Source: Eledone cirrhosa | Lineage: Eukaryota | Assembly: GCA_964016885.1 (NCBI GenBank) | Contig: OZ024758.1 | Coordinates: 9,734,001-9,798,000 of the forward strand | Direction: 5' to 3' | DNA: 64,000 bases | In this document: positions 41,547 to 50,580 of the stretch, piece by piece | How positions within the stretch are numbered: position 1 is the stretch's first letter | Layout: each line of letters begins with the position of its first letter | The notes under the pieces: model-generated | Database searches by the model: none | The model's input: the letters and a program-made list of their open reading frames with translations, nothing else | What the model was told of the DNA's origin: nothing | Translations under genes and position numbers: made by a program

Positions 41547-43049
41547 TGTGTAGTCGGGACCTGACAGCTGAGCTCTTGCCTTTTTAACAGCTAGTTCCGA
41601 CTATAACATCGCCAGACTCTACTGCCCCAACTTTTGAGTACCATATTGAGTAACTAGTTTTAAGCTGGTTCTATCCTGATTACACACACACACACACACA
41701 TACACATAGCACAGTTCAGTTCACAATTAAGTAGTTTGTGATAGGAAGAACATTTCAACCATAGAAAACCTACCAAACAAAGGGTCTGGAGGAATCTTCA
41801 GCTGTGTCAAAGATAACTTTTCTAATGCTGGTGCCACAATAATGACTCACCGGAGTGTGGGAACGTATGTAAGTAAAATGTTACCTCCTCACAGACAGAC
41901 AGAACAAGTTTATAGAGAAAGCATAATGAAGAACAATCTACTCTAAATGTAAGCTACCGTATTTCTGACATTTTGACAACCAAAAATCTGAAAAAAATAA
42001 ACCTTCAGCTTCCAGGACTCATGGTAGATTTTTGAGACTTATTTTAGGAAAAACGTAGCATCTTTGGTGCCAGGAAATATGGTATATATACATGTGTGTA
42101 TATGTGTATACACAGACACACACACGACAGGTAGGTTTTGAAACATCGAGCGATATTGAAATTAGTCGTATTTTTTTACTAAATATCGTCGTATTTTTGA
42201 CTAAAGAAATTTTAGCTTGAAAGATGAGTATTGACGTACATGCACATCAATACTCATCTTTATCTATATTCTTTGAGGGTTCTAAACCCTAATATCAGTC
42301 TAAAATTTCTTTAGTAAAAAATACGGTGAGTGAGAAAGAGAGAGAGAGAGGACTGGGATCCCTATCATTCCACTGCAAAGTGGACGTGGAGGTGCTACGG
42401 CAAAAAAGCACCCAGCACTCACTGTAAATGAGGTTGGTGTTAGGAAGGGCATCCAGCTGTAGAAATCAAGCAGGGAAAAGCAGACGTAAAAATGATGGAT
42501 ATATATATCATCATCATCGATTTACGTCCGTTCTTCCATGCTAGCCTGGGTTAGACGGGTTGTCCTGTTGTTCGCAGTGTCTGGTCGGCTGACTATGCCT
42601 TGCTCATACGGAAACTGATTCTGGTTTGATTTCTACAGTTGGATGCCCTTCCTAACACCAACCTCATTTACAGTGAGTGCTGGGTGCTTTTTTACGTGGC
42701 GCCTACACGTCCACTTTACAGTGTGGGCTGGGGCTTTTTTGCCATGGCACCTCCACGACCACTTTGCAGTGGGAGGGTGTGGGGGCATATTGTCTAATTC
42801 TTAAGTAGAAATTAAAATTTTAATTTTATATATAGAATCATGTTGAAAGAATTAAAAAATTTCTTTAGTATTCCTTGGCAAAATTACATACAATACTTTG
42901 AAGTTATTTTTTTTAATAAGAAAATGTAGCTTACCCTTTCTTATAATATTCTTCTAATTCATTGACAAATACACAGAATTCTCCAAAGCCAAGACCTTGC
43001 CCTGAACCGTGTGCTAGGCATTCTTTTGTACTCCAAACCATCTCGTGTA
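7292..43049 (-). CDS. raw: Raw/OLRN-1-like protein (EF-hand-like segment + NDT-like domain); partial gene, 7 internal exons
   Basis: Exons 43049-42935, 38213-38140, 21473-21382, 16351-16298, 12228-12150, 9799-9742 and 7412-7292 all have AG/GT borders with matching phases. They splice to a stop-free frame: xHEMVWSTKECLAHGSGQGLGFGEFCVFVNELEEYYKKGQDNVKAVKETPKCQKGEKTKYKDQVFLGGSCNPTTWRSDCAVPYLEKQGISYFNPQVEKWDHHQIGKEHEAKMASEVLLFVIDNRTRASSSLIEIAYLVGNQRQVLLVIHVHESKIPKSELGELKTSYDLITDISERNGYPVFSDLSTSLKCLNRMLKQ. FGEFCVF and VFLGGSCNPTTWR...NPQV..W are recognised Raw-family motifs. Confidence 0.9.
8163..8478 (+). mobile_element. SINE family B, near full length
   Basis: Aligns with 3398-3732; (ATG)n tail. 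Confidence 0.88.
8862..9152. repeat. Compound (TA)/(TG)/GCA microsatellite
   Basis: Direct reading. Confidence 0.92.
9742..9799 (-). CDS. raw: raw-like exon (58 nt, phase 1 to 2)
   Basis: ttttctcttatag acceptor, gtatga donor; (G)NQRQVLLVIHVHESKIPK; the only open frame is the one required by phase. Confidence 0.88.
10105..10310 (+). repeat. Old dispersed repeat (ctgctagaaatagc..ccaaatctccc family)
   Basis: Motif recurs near 6495, 9875, 10140, 55028 and 57412, and reversed near 35000 and 63965. Confidence 0.55.
11135..11790. repeat. 24-bp minisatellite tattgtacaatggtatattctaga, ~27 copies, variants in blocks
   Basis: Direct reading; 27-bp variants at the edges. Confidence 0.97.
12150..12228 (-). 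CDS. raw: raw-like exon (79 nt, phase 0 to 1), carries putative catalytic Glu
   Basis: poly-T ttatctag acceptor, gtatgt donor; ASEVLLFVIDNRTRASSSLIEIAYLV. Confidence 0.92.
13650..13890 (+). mobile_element. SINE family D (Nin-like domain, short CT-rich core, distinct tail), unexpanded copy
   Basis: gaggtcgataaa..tactggggtcaattcttc..ctttctcacttc..tctctggaagaaatctgctgtat; related copies near 15590-15845, 18760-19015, 36980-38099, 38885-39180. Confidence 0.7.
16298..16351 (-). CDS. raw: raw-like exon (54 nt, phase 0 to 0)
   Basis: ttttcatttaactag acceptor, gtaaat donor; QVEKWDHHQIGKEHEAKM continues the NP-QV..W......EH.AK motif. Confidence 0.9.
16538..16750 (+). mobile_element. TTAA-flanked MITE (piggyBac-type ends)
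   Basis: ttaacccttcagcatt ... aatgttaaagggttaa; six related copies in the window. Confidence 0.8.
17323..17622. repeat. Compound (TA)/(CA)/TACA microsatellite
   Basis: Direct reading. Confidence 0.92.
17790..18018 (+). mobile_element. Decayed RTE LINE 3' fragment
   Basis: Degenerate GR..K.W.E coding remnant and ccatgccagcatgaaaa...aatgataatgat tail. Confidence 0.45.
18620..18752 (-). mobile_element. SINE family B 3' fragment
   Basis: (cat)n, ggatgcccttcctaacaccaacctc, gtgctgggtgctttt. Confidence 0.8.
18760..19015 (-). mobile_element. SINE family D containing a 14-bp minisatellite (agacaggaagcgag x ~10)
   Basis: Flanks match the 13650-13890 copy; array at ~18835-18975. Confidence 0.75.
21382..21473 (-). 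CDS. raw: raw-like exon (92 nt, phase 1 to 0), start of NDT-like domain
   Basis: tgtctag acceptor, gtaagt donor; (V)FLGGSCNPTTWRSDCAVPYLEKQGISYFNP. Confidence 0.95.
21638..21840 (-). mobile_element. TTAA MITE family, degenerate ends
   Basis: Reverse-complement match to the interior of 16538-16750. Confidence 0.7.
22073..22273. repeat. 26-bp minisatellite gttgggtggtagagagtctggatcta, ~7.7 identical copies
   Basis: Direct reading; flanked by degenerate ctagatttaatg units (22014-22405). Confidence 0.97.
25659..25868 (+). mobile_element. TTAA-flanked MITE
   Basis: Same family as 16538-16750. Confidence 0.75.
26290..26440 (-). mobile_element. Decayed RTE LINE 3' fragment
   Basis: FGHVMCMKDDSYIK...GRPRKT. 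Confidence 0.6.
26812..27177 (+). mobile_element. Tandem pair of SINE family A
   Basis: ggcggtggattggcag head, gagttcaaatcc B-box, ctttgcctttcatccttacggggtcgataaaataaagtaccag, ggccttgtgccaaaagtagaaacaattatt tail; present twice. Confidence 0.88.
28199..28510 (-). mobile_element. SINE-like family C (long variant with RTE tail)
   Basis: Reverse-complement match to 29625-30040; (cat)n tail. Confidence 0.8.
28515..28756 (-). mobile_element. RTE LINE 3' end (probable partner of SINE family B)
   Basis: Translates to W*GYVMRLEDDCLVKKCQEIPVER*HNRGRPRKTWTEVVRADLRSLKLKEEMTKDCDEWRDAVLNRTRPTLASREKRT*. Confidence 0.85.
29215..29349. repeat. (GA)n/GATA/GCGA microsatellite
   Basis: Direct reading. Confidence 0.9.
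29388..29578 (-). mobile_element. SINE family A, full length
   Basis: Reverse complement of 26812-27009. Confidence 0.85.
29625..30040 (+). mobile_element. SINE-like family C
   Basis: ggttggtgttaggaagagcatcc...ccatgctagcatggaagatagacgttaaacgatgatgat; third fragment at 26080-26270 (-). Confidence 0.8.
30288..30490 (+). mobile_element. TTAA-flanked MITE
   Basis: ttaaccctttagcattta ... taaatgcttaagggttaa (1 mismatch). Confidence 0.85.
30745..30985 (+). mobile_element. Decayed RTE LINE 3' fragment
   Basis: YGYV..MD.D.WIK...GR.KKT..MMKTDL plus degenerate tail similar to 28515-28756. Confidence 0.55.
31081..31129. repeat. Perfect 23-bp inverted repeat with 3-nt loop
   Basis: aaaagtgggaaaggtctatattc-tgg-gaatatagacctttcccactttt. 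Confidence 0.95.
33345..33600 (+). mobile_element. Decayed RTE (Expander/Rex3-like) LINE 3' fragment
   Basis: LLLQIEE..RMSQ..ILQAKPSSKRPRSRP*ARWLVNIHELGWSCLGI resembles the RTE C-terminal motif. Confidence 0.6.
34296..34400 (+). mobile_element. SINE family A, 5' truncated
   Basis: Near-consensus 3' half. Confidence 0.85.
34704..34869. mobile_element. hAT (Charlie-like) MITE
   Basis: TIRs cagtgatgggcaa / ttgcccatgcctg; degenerate 8-bp TSD gagtagac / gattggac. Confidence 0.7.
36518..36737 (-). mobile_element. Older family A-related SINE with 11-bp TSD
   Basis: attaccataat at 36518-36528 and 36727-36737; ggatttgaactca, ctgccaatccaccgcc. Confidence 0.75.
36980..38099 (-). mobile_element. SINE family D containing a ~940-bp purine minisatellite (gagagagaatggaagtgagata; mainly 22/28/30-bp units)
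   Basis: Head taaggcggtgaattggc..gttcaaatcc near 38099, tail tctggaagaaatctactgtattcagacctgga near 36985; array ~37020-37960. Confidence 0.8.
38140..38213 (-). CDS. raw: raw-like exon (74 nt, phase 2 to 1), Lys-rich linker
   Basis: ttctcttgcag acceptor, gtagga donor; QDNVKAVKETPKCQKGEKTKYKDQ; phases bridge the flanking exons exactly. Confidence 0.8.
38612..38856 (-). mobile_element. Family A-related SINE with 17-bp TSD
   Basis: tagtcagtaaattataa / tagtcagaaaattataa flanks (1 mismatch). Confidence 0.82.
39966..40165 (+). mobile_element. TTAA MITE family, right end lost
   Basis: ttaaccctttagcatttaaaccggcc... Confidence 0.75.
41955..42084. mobile_element. Short TA-flanked MITE
   Basis: taccgtatttc ... 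gaaatatggta inverted ends. Confidence 0.5.
42350..42775. mobile_element. Two family B-related SINE 3' parts, tail to tail (+ 42350-42500; - 42508-42775)
   Basis: gttaggaagggcatccagctgtagaaatcaa in the left copy and its reverse complement in the right copy. Confidence 0.85.
42935..43049 (-). CDS. raw: raw-like exon (115 nt, phase 1 to 2), EF-hand-like segment
   Basis: tttctttcttag acceptor, gtaagc donor; HEMVWSTKECLAHGSGQGLGFGEFCVFVNELEEYYKK. Confidence 0.88.
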
Positions 43050-44269
43050 CTAAGAAAGAAATAATTTATATATATATAAATATATATGTATGAGCACACA
43101 CACCCACACCCACACACTGAATGAGTGAGTGAGTGTGTGCATGTGTATGTGTGTGCATGCATATATGTGTGTGCACACGTATATGTGTGCACGTGAGTGT
43201 ATAAATACTCAAATTATAGACAATAGAAATAGCAAAGATTATGTAGATGCTGGAAAATAAGTCAATTAACCACAATGCTCCTACAGGTTTTCCCACTGAT
43301 GGCAAAATTACTTGTACATCATTAAGTATGGTATCCCTCCAGTCACTATAATTTAAACTTGAAAAATATCAAGCTGTTATTGTTATATTAACCATAGGGA
43401 AGTGTTGATGATTTCATAAGCAAATCCATAACTATATGTAATTTATTATTTACCAATTCAATTGTCATCAGCTCAACATAACCATATCACACAGACTCGC
43501 TCAATGTTGTCATTAACATTAAACATGGTTGAGCATCAGACTTTGATGCTGGAGAAAACTTTCAAGTTATAAATAATGTGATATTTGTTGAAAAACAAGG
43601 TATGATAATTGGTCTTGGAATATTATTATTACAGAAAGAATGTTAGTTTCAAGTTCTTCAAAGTAGTCTGTATAAATCCAGTTGTGTCAATATTTTAGTA
43701 ACAAGATTAAGCAACAACAACCCCAAAACCTGAAACTAGAATCAACATATAAAAATATTTGAAATTGAAATCGAGATCAAGTGTCTTTGCATGAAACTGA
43801 TTTATTACAAAATGCTTTGGATTACACAAGAAAATGCTAAGAGATCACCGATAAAGACAAAGCAGTTTATTTTGAGAAGTTAGAACAACTATCATTACCT
43901 GTTAAGGTGATCTATGCCAACACAAATCCTTGCATACATATCTAAGGAATTATTGACTTGACGAGAAGTAAATGTTATTTTGGTACATGCTAAGTCTGAA
44001 AATACCAATGTTTACAAGAACTACATCAACACTATTAAATAACCAATTATATACAAAACAAAAACCTAATAATCTATAATAGAAAGTAATATCTACACGT
44101 AAATAAAAAGACAGTTTCCAAAGAACACAATCTGATAAATAACATTTCGTCAATTTAACTGCAAATCAGTTATATAGGCTTTACTTCCCTAATGTTCTCT
44201 GTACCTTCAATACTAACATTTCAACAAAACATCTGCATTCATCTTGAAAAGATGATTTTGCAATATTTT

Positions 44270-44525
44270 GCTTTGAGCCCAGAGACTTATCAAGCCAGTG
44301 CTTATCCCGGTTTCCATGGTGTTAAACAACAGTACAAAACTTCCCTGGAGAGGACGCCAGTCCATTGCATGGTTAAACCCCCAACCGTTTCTGGTACTCA
44401 TCTTCAGCTGAGTATACTGGAGCAATGTGAAATGAAGTGTTTTGCTCAAGAACACTGTACACAACCCAATCCAGAAATTGAACAGACATCAAGTTCATAA
44501 GTTGAACATTCTTACCACTAAGTAG
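44270..44525 (-). mobile_element. Old CORE-like SINE (family F)
   Basis: Matches 5320-5566. Confidence 0.7.
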
Positions 44526-46061
44526 TAGCCAACATAAAAATTCATCAACAGAAATAAATGCTTAATTTGAGATATTAGGGAGTAAAGAATTTCAATTCCT
44601 AACTAATTTAAAGAAAATAGTCAAGTCTTTCTGCAGGAGAACTCAAAACTGGTTAGCTGGCAAATATAGAATTCTTTAACATAATAAACTATAAAATAAT
44701 ATGATCTAACATGAAAGAAACCGGTTTTCTTTTGCTATGAAAAAAAAAGTTTATATTCGTTACATTTCAAGTTGAAAGAAAACAAAAGAGAAAGAATTTC
44801 CTATACATTTTTCTGTTTCTAAACAGAAAATTTTCTATTTAAAATATCATAAATAACTACTATATTATTGAACAATATTAAAAAAAAAAAAAAAAAAAAA
44901 AAAAGCAAATAAATGGGTTCAAGAAATTATGCAAACCCCAATTTTACAAATAAAACTTACTTCAATAGTACTAGTTAAACAACATACCTATGGGTTCCAT
45001 CTATTATAAGCCTCTTGCATCAGAGGCTACCCGACATGTCCTACCATGCTTAGATGGGACATTCTTTGACTCCAACTAGAAAGCCCCAAGGCCAGGTTGT
45101 GTTGCTCACACTTTCCCTATTGTACATTAACATTCTGCTAACAATCAACACACACACACCTATGTAGAGTCTACTCTTCACTCTTCCATAACACACTGCA
45201 CACTAATATCTACATCTAACATACATCGAACATACTTTCTCCAACAAGAGACATCAAAAATATTCTCGATAAAATAAAGTACCAGTAATGCACTGGGTAA
45301 TTGGAATGGTGCTGCTGGTACAAACATACTGTGGGTTGCATCTAAAATAAAAGCATACAGTTAAAAAGAACTCAGTAAATAACATTCAAACCTCTAACCC
45401 ACATAGTTTCTACACTGCCTCTACTATTATTACACCAGATTCTATTCCACAGAGCTAGCCAGATGCATACCAATTTTACCTAAGCCCCCCCCCCTCCCTC
45501 TCGTCATATTCTGTGTCTCCCTCCACAGGTCTTTCACTAATTACTTTATCCACTTATTCATCCCCAAAATATCAACTCCCTAGAATTCCCACTCCCCCAC
45601 TATCTTTTCCTCATTGAGTGTCAACTTGCAGCTTTAGAAGTTAAATATCACCCACATCACTAACAGAAATTTTGCAGGGCAGGGCCTGTTAAGGTCAAGG
45701 GTACAGTCTCTTCCTGTAAAAAAAAAAAAAAAAAAAAAACATTTCCCACAATATAACAGCCACTGCTCCTTAAAACCTACTAGCTAACAACATTTTGAAA
45801 TCCAATATTCAAGTTCTTTTTCCTCCCAACTATATTTGTGTTTCATCTAACAGATCCTTGCTAAATATTTTACCCAGTCACTCTTCCAAAAATCTTCCTG
45901 TTATCCTTTCTCAATCACTGATCTGCAACGATCCTATCTAAACTTTGTGTTCACTATTAATTCTACCCTGTAAACAATGATGGACAAATAGAGATCAGAC
46001 TAAATTGAAAAGAAATAAGTAAACCTAAATTGTACGAGATACATTCAGTTCTATCATCACT

Positions 46062-46214
46062 TCGAGCATAGTTACGTCCCTTTATGGTCTGAGTTCAAAT
46101 CCCGCTGAGGTTAACTTTATTTTATCAACCCTGTAAGGTTGAAAGGCAAAGTACCAGTACACTAATACACTGGGTAATTGCTGGCCTTGTGCCAAAAGTA
46201 GAAGCAATTATTAT
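46062..46214 (+). mobile_element. SINE family A with internal 29-bp inversion
   Basis: 46119-46147 is the reverse complement of the consensus segment between acttt and aaagt. Confidence 0.85.
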
Positions 46215-48866
46215 TTAACAGCCATTTCCCCTTAAAAGTGTTTCAAAAAGGAAGAAAAAAATATCTACTTTGCTTCTTTTTAAAGGAAAGAACAAATCCA
46301 CTAATACCAAAGCTACTATTGGTTTTTTTTCCAATGTTGGAGAAACTGAAGAGCTACAACAGCAGCTAATTTAATACCGTAAACCCACAACAGCTCTCAT
46401 GCCATAAAAGCTAACCAAAAATGAAGTTTTATCACATTTGCTAGATAGATTAATCATCATATAACAAAACAAACCTCTTCATTTGCAAAACTAGAAGAAA
46501 ATTTCTAACAATCAGAAAGACAAACTTCAAACTGAAACCTATTCCCCTCATGACTGATAATACCAATTTAAGTCTGCTATTAATCACAGATTCAACATCT
46601 AATTCTCATGGATTTATGCCAAAGTTTCGTTTTGGTCTGCAGGTTATTCAACTGCCAGCAACATTTTCAACAGATGCCTCAGTTAAACAGCATCAGTTTA
46701 TAGAACAAGTCTACTACTAGATTATTCTTACCGACATGCTACAACCACTAACACTTAAATACATGGTTTCTCACTCCTTTACTGTTACTACAATGGTTTC
46801 TGCTCTCTGGCACTAATAAGCTGAAAACTTATTTCCTTCCAAGCCTATTTGTTATGTCCTCATCACCCCCTACTGTCTCACTCTCCACAATGCCTACCTG
46901 CTATATGGTTTTTTTTCATCACCCTTGCTATGTAACCCTGAGTCACACTCTAAACACTGATAGATCCTTCACAAAATCTATTTGCTGGAAATGCCTTCTG
47001 TCCATAGTTTCTGTGGACAGAGCCTACAAAATGTCATGTGCTGCTGCTCTTTAAACTAAATACACAAAGCCAAACATTTCTAGTAGTATGGGAGATCAAT
47101 CATTATCATTGGTTTTCCCTGCTAGCAAGGGATAACCATGGTTAATACTCAAGTGGGGCCTCTGACCTCTAGATGGGCCAGGGCTCTGTCATACAATCCA
47201 ATGCTCTGAGTACATTTTATTGAGGAACCAACACTAGGGAAGTTGTCATATCTTTGATGTATTTTCCTCCGACCCTTTGTTAGGCAGGCTTTCTACAGCT
47301 GGATACTCTTCCTAACCCCTACTTTACAGTGTGTACTGGGTGATCGTCCACATGTAGATGCTTATATTCAGTATATGACTTGTACTGAATTTCAAAAGTG
47401 ATGAAAACAAGGTTGATTTCAGCAGAATTTCGATTTGGAATGTAAAAGGGTGTAATTAAATGCTTCAAGGAATTATGTCGGCCACTGAAACATTCCATAC
47501 CTTGCTACAATAAAACTAAAGCTACAAAAGTTATTAGAAGCTCTTCAACTCAGGATCACTTCAATTCAACATCTGAGCAATTCTTTAATACTACAATCAC
47601 TTGATATATAAAATACAAAATTCCACAGTTAAAAAGTTAAGAAAAAAAAAGGGGAGAAAAAAAAAAAAAAAGGCTCTTTTACAAATGTTATATTCAGATT
47701 TTGTGTCCTACTTAATGCAAGTAAGACTTTCATTTCTTAATCAAAATGCTTAGAACGACATTCTTTTGATCATGTTAAAATCAGATTAGTTTAGTTTCAG
47801 TGATATATTCTAACTAGAGATAGGTTGATAAATTATGCCAATGATATTTATGCATAAAACTAGTTTCATTAGAGTCGGTCTGCATGTATTTGAGGGGGAA
47901 AAAAAAAAAAAAAAAAAGAAAAAAAAAGAAAAACCCTCATATTTGAACATAAACTTAGCTTACTCTAAGATACTTTACAAATAAAGTAACTTTCAAACAT
48001 TTAAAAAAAAGTAATCAAACTAAAACTGTAATATTTCTGTTTTAATCAATCACTGCTTTCACTATAGGATGTGCTTCAGATCTTTACTATTCCATCTGTA
48101 TTACTACATAAAAAAAAATTCTATTTTGTTGGAGAGTAAGAGAAGTTTAGAAATTGAATTCTATAAATAAAAATCAGTTACTATTTACAGATTTTAAGTT
48201 TTGATGTACACTTTTTCGTGAATAGAATTCATTAAAATTATACAAAAATTTCTTAGTGAAAATTGAAAAAAAAAAAAAACTTTAATGAGGAATATGGGTT
48301 TTTCTTTTTTCTTTGACTATGAGGAAAATGTTTAGTAGTATAGCTATTTTTTTTTTTTACAGTAGTATAGCCTCAATTCTTTTTACTACACACATGTTTA
48401 GTAGTATAGCTAGTTTTTTTACTACATTCAAATATTTAGTAAAAATTATTCCAAAGTTCTATTCTCAAGAATAGAAAATCTCATACTAAAAGTATGAAAA
48501 TAATCCCATCATTTTAGATTACCTCTCGTTTCCCCTACAAGAATGAAAGTACCCTCTCCCAGGATTTGCATGTCTCCTCTTCAGGGTTAATGTATACAAA
48601 ACTATATTGGGTAGGGTAACTTGTAAAATTCAACTAAGTATTTTTTTTTCTATTCAACTAATTTGACTTCAGATACCTCAGATTAATTCTTCAAATTACA
48701 ACCATGAGAGAAAAATATCAATGTTAGTCTTAGATAAAATTCCCTGAAATTCTAAAAGTCTTTCATCCAAATTCATGACTTTCTCAGGACACTTTACCCA
48801 AAGACTTCAATAGCAAATTAAATGTAGCCCAAAAGGCTGATGAGTGAAACTTGTAAAATACATTGA

Positions 48867-49198
48867 TTAACCCTTTAGTATTTATATTATATATACTATT
48901 GTATTTTGTGGTAAAGGCTTTACTTCACATAATTATCTCACATTATCGGATGCCATGCTTTCCAGCATAGTTACGTCCCTTTATGGTCCGAGTTCAAATC
49001 CCGTCAAGGTTAACTTTGCCTTTCATCCTTACAGGGTCGATGAAATAAAGTACCAGTAATGCACTGGGTAATTGCTGGCCTTGTGCCAAAATTAGAAACA
49101 GTTAAATATTAAAATCTCAGATTCAATATATTTTGAGAACAATACCTTAACATGAGTGGCCAGTTACAGCTAGTTTGAACAGAAATGTTAAAGGGTTA
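48867..49198 (-). mobile_element. TTAA MITE interrupted by a family A SINE (+, ~48946-49103)
   Basis: MITE halves flank the SINE; ends ttaaccctttag / gttaaagggtta. Confidence 0.78.
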
Positions 49199-49669
49199 CA
49201 GATTAAAAAAAAAACAAAAAACAATCCAATCCAGATTTGAAGATTCCCAAATAATCCCAATTCTGAATCATCTATTTTTATTAAATCAAGACTTTCAGAA
49301 TAGTCAAATGACTGAGAAATAACTTCAAAACTACATTTAGGAGGAATACCCATATTAAATGCAGCTAACAAAGTATTAAAAAAAAAATATAATCACAGAT
49401 TTTAATGAGCCATAAAAAAAAAAGCAGAAATTACATATGCTACTATTATTTTGCTATATTAACATTTTACAAATGGAAATGTCAGCAAAGGCAGCTAGCC
49501 TTATACAATAATTATTTTACTGCTCTATACTTGTATGAAATGTTATATTTGTTCCTAATATTTTGTTGCATAATTCTGTGTAAACATGACCTCTGGAATG
49601 TATAGGAGCAAACCAAAAAGTATTGTAAAAGACAACTGCATATGTGAAGTGAAATGATTGCAATTGGTG

Positions 49670-50048
49670 CAGACAGACAGACGGACACAGAGACACAGAC
49701 GGACACAGAGACACAGACAGAGAGAGAGAGAGAGAGAAAGATACAGACAGAGAGAAAGAGACAGACAGAGAGAGATACAGACAGACAGAGAGAGATACAG
49801 AGAGAGAGAGAGAGATACAGAGAGAGAGAGAGAGATACAGAGAGAGAGAGAGAGATACAGAGAGAGAGAGATACAGAGAGAGAGAGAGATACAGAGAGAG
49901 AGACAGATACAGAGACAGATACAGAGACAGAGAGAGAGACAGAGAGAGAGACAGAGAGAGAGACAGAGAGAGAGACAGAGAGAGAGACAGAGAGAGAGAC
50001 AGATACAGAGACAGATACAGAGACAGAGAGAGAGACAGAGAGAGAGAC

Positions 50049-50081
<33 letters not shown>

Positions 50082-50094
50082 CAGAGAGAGAGAC

Positions 50095-50127
<33 letters not shown>

Positions 50128-50153
50128 CAGAGACAGAGAGAGAGACAGAGAGA
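49670..50153. repeat. Compound (GA)n/GACA/GATACA satellite
   Basis: Direct reading. Confidence 0.95.
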
Positions 50154-50580
50154 GGCTTTCAAATATAATTTTTTTAATGTAGGTTATGTTTGATGCATTT
50201 AATAAATATTTGCAATTAAATGGTTGAGGATGGGTTTGTATAGGACTAAAGATGAGTGCAGTGGAGTCAGTTTGTCAGGTGGAATAGCACCCTAACATTT
50301 AAATATCTGTTAGCCATGGCAGTGGTCTATGTGTAGATTATTGCACAACAGTTGCTGCAGCTTGACAAAGTCTGCCTCCCCTCATACTCATATTTAGGTT
50401 AGGGGGTTGGGAAATATGGATAATGTCTGAAATAGGGATTATGGGGAGGGGTTATAGTTCTAATATAGACATTTAGATCATGATTGGGCTTTGTTTTTTT
50501 ATGAATGTATTTTCTACCAGTTTGGAATCCAATGGTATTATCCACTAGATGTCTTGTTTATTGTTGACTGTTTTCTGAGT

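Noticed and set aside
43410-43850. Possible decayed restriction-endonuclease-type LINE C-terminus
   Set aside because: Only faint motif echoes across many stops and frameshifts; cannot be supported without a profile search.
45350-47050. C-rich, strand-asymmetric stretch (also 12600-13200 and 20450-20900)
   Set aside because: Probably very old transposon remnants; no readable motif or boundary.
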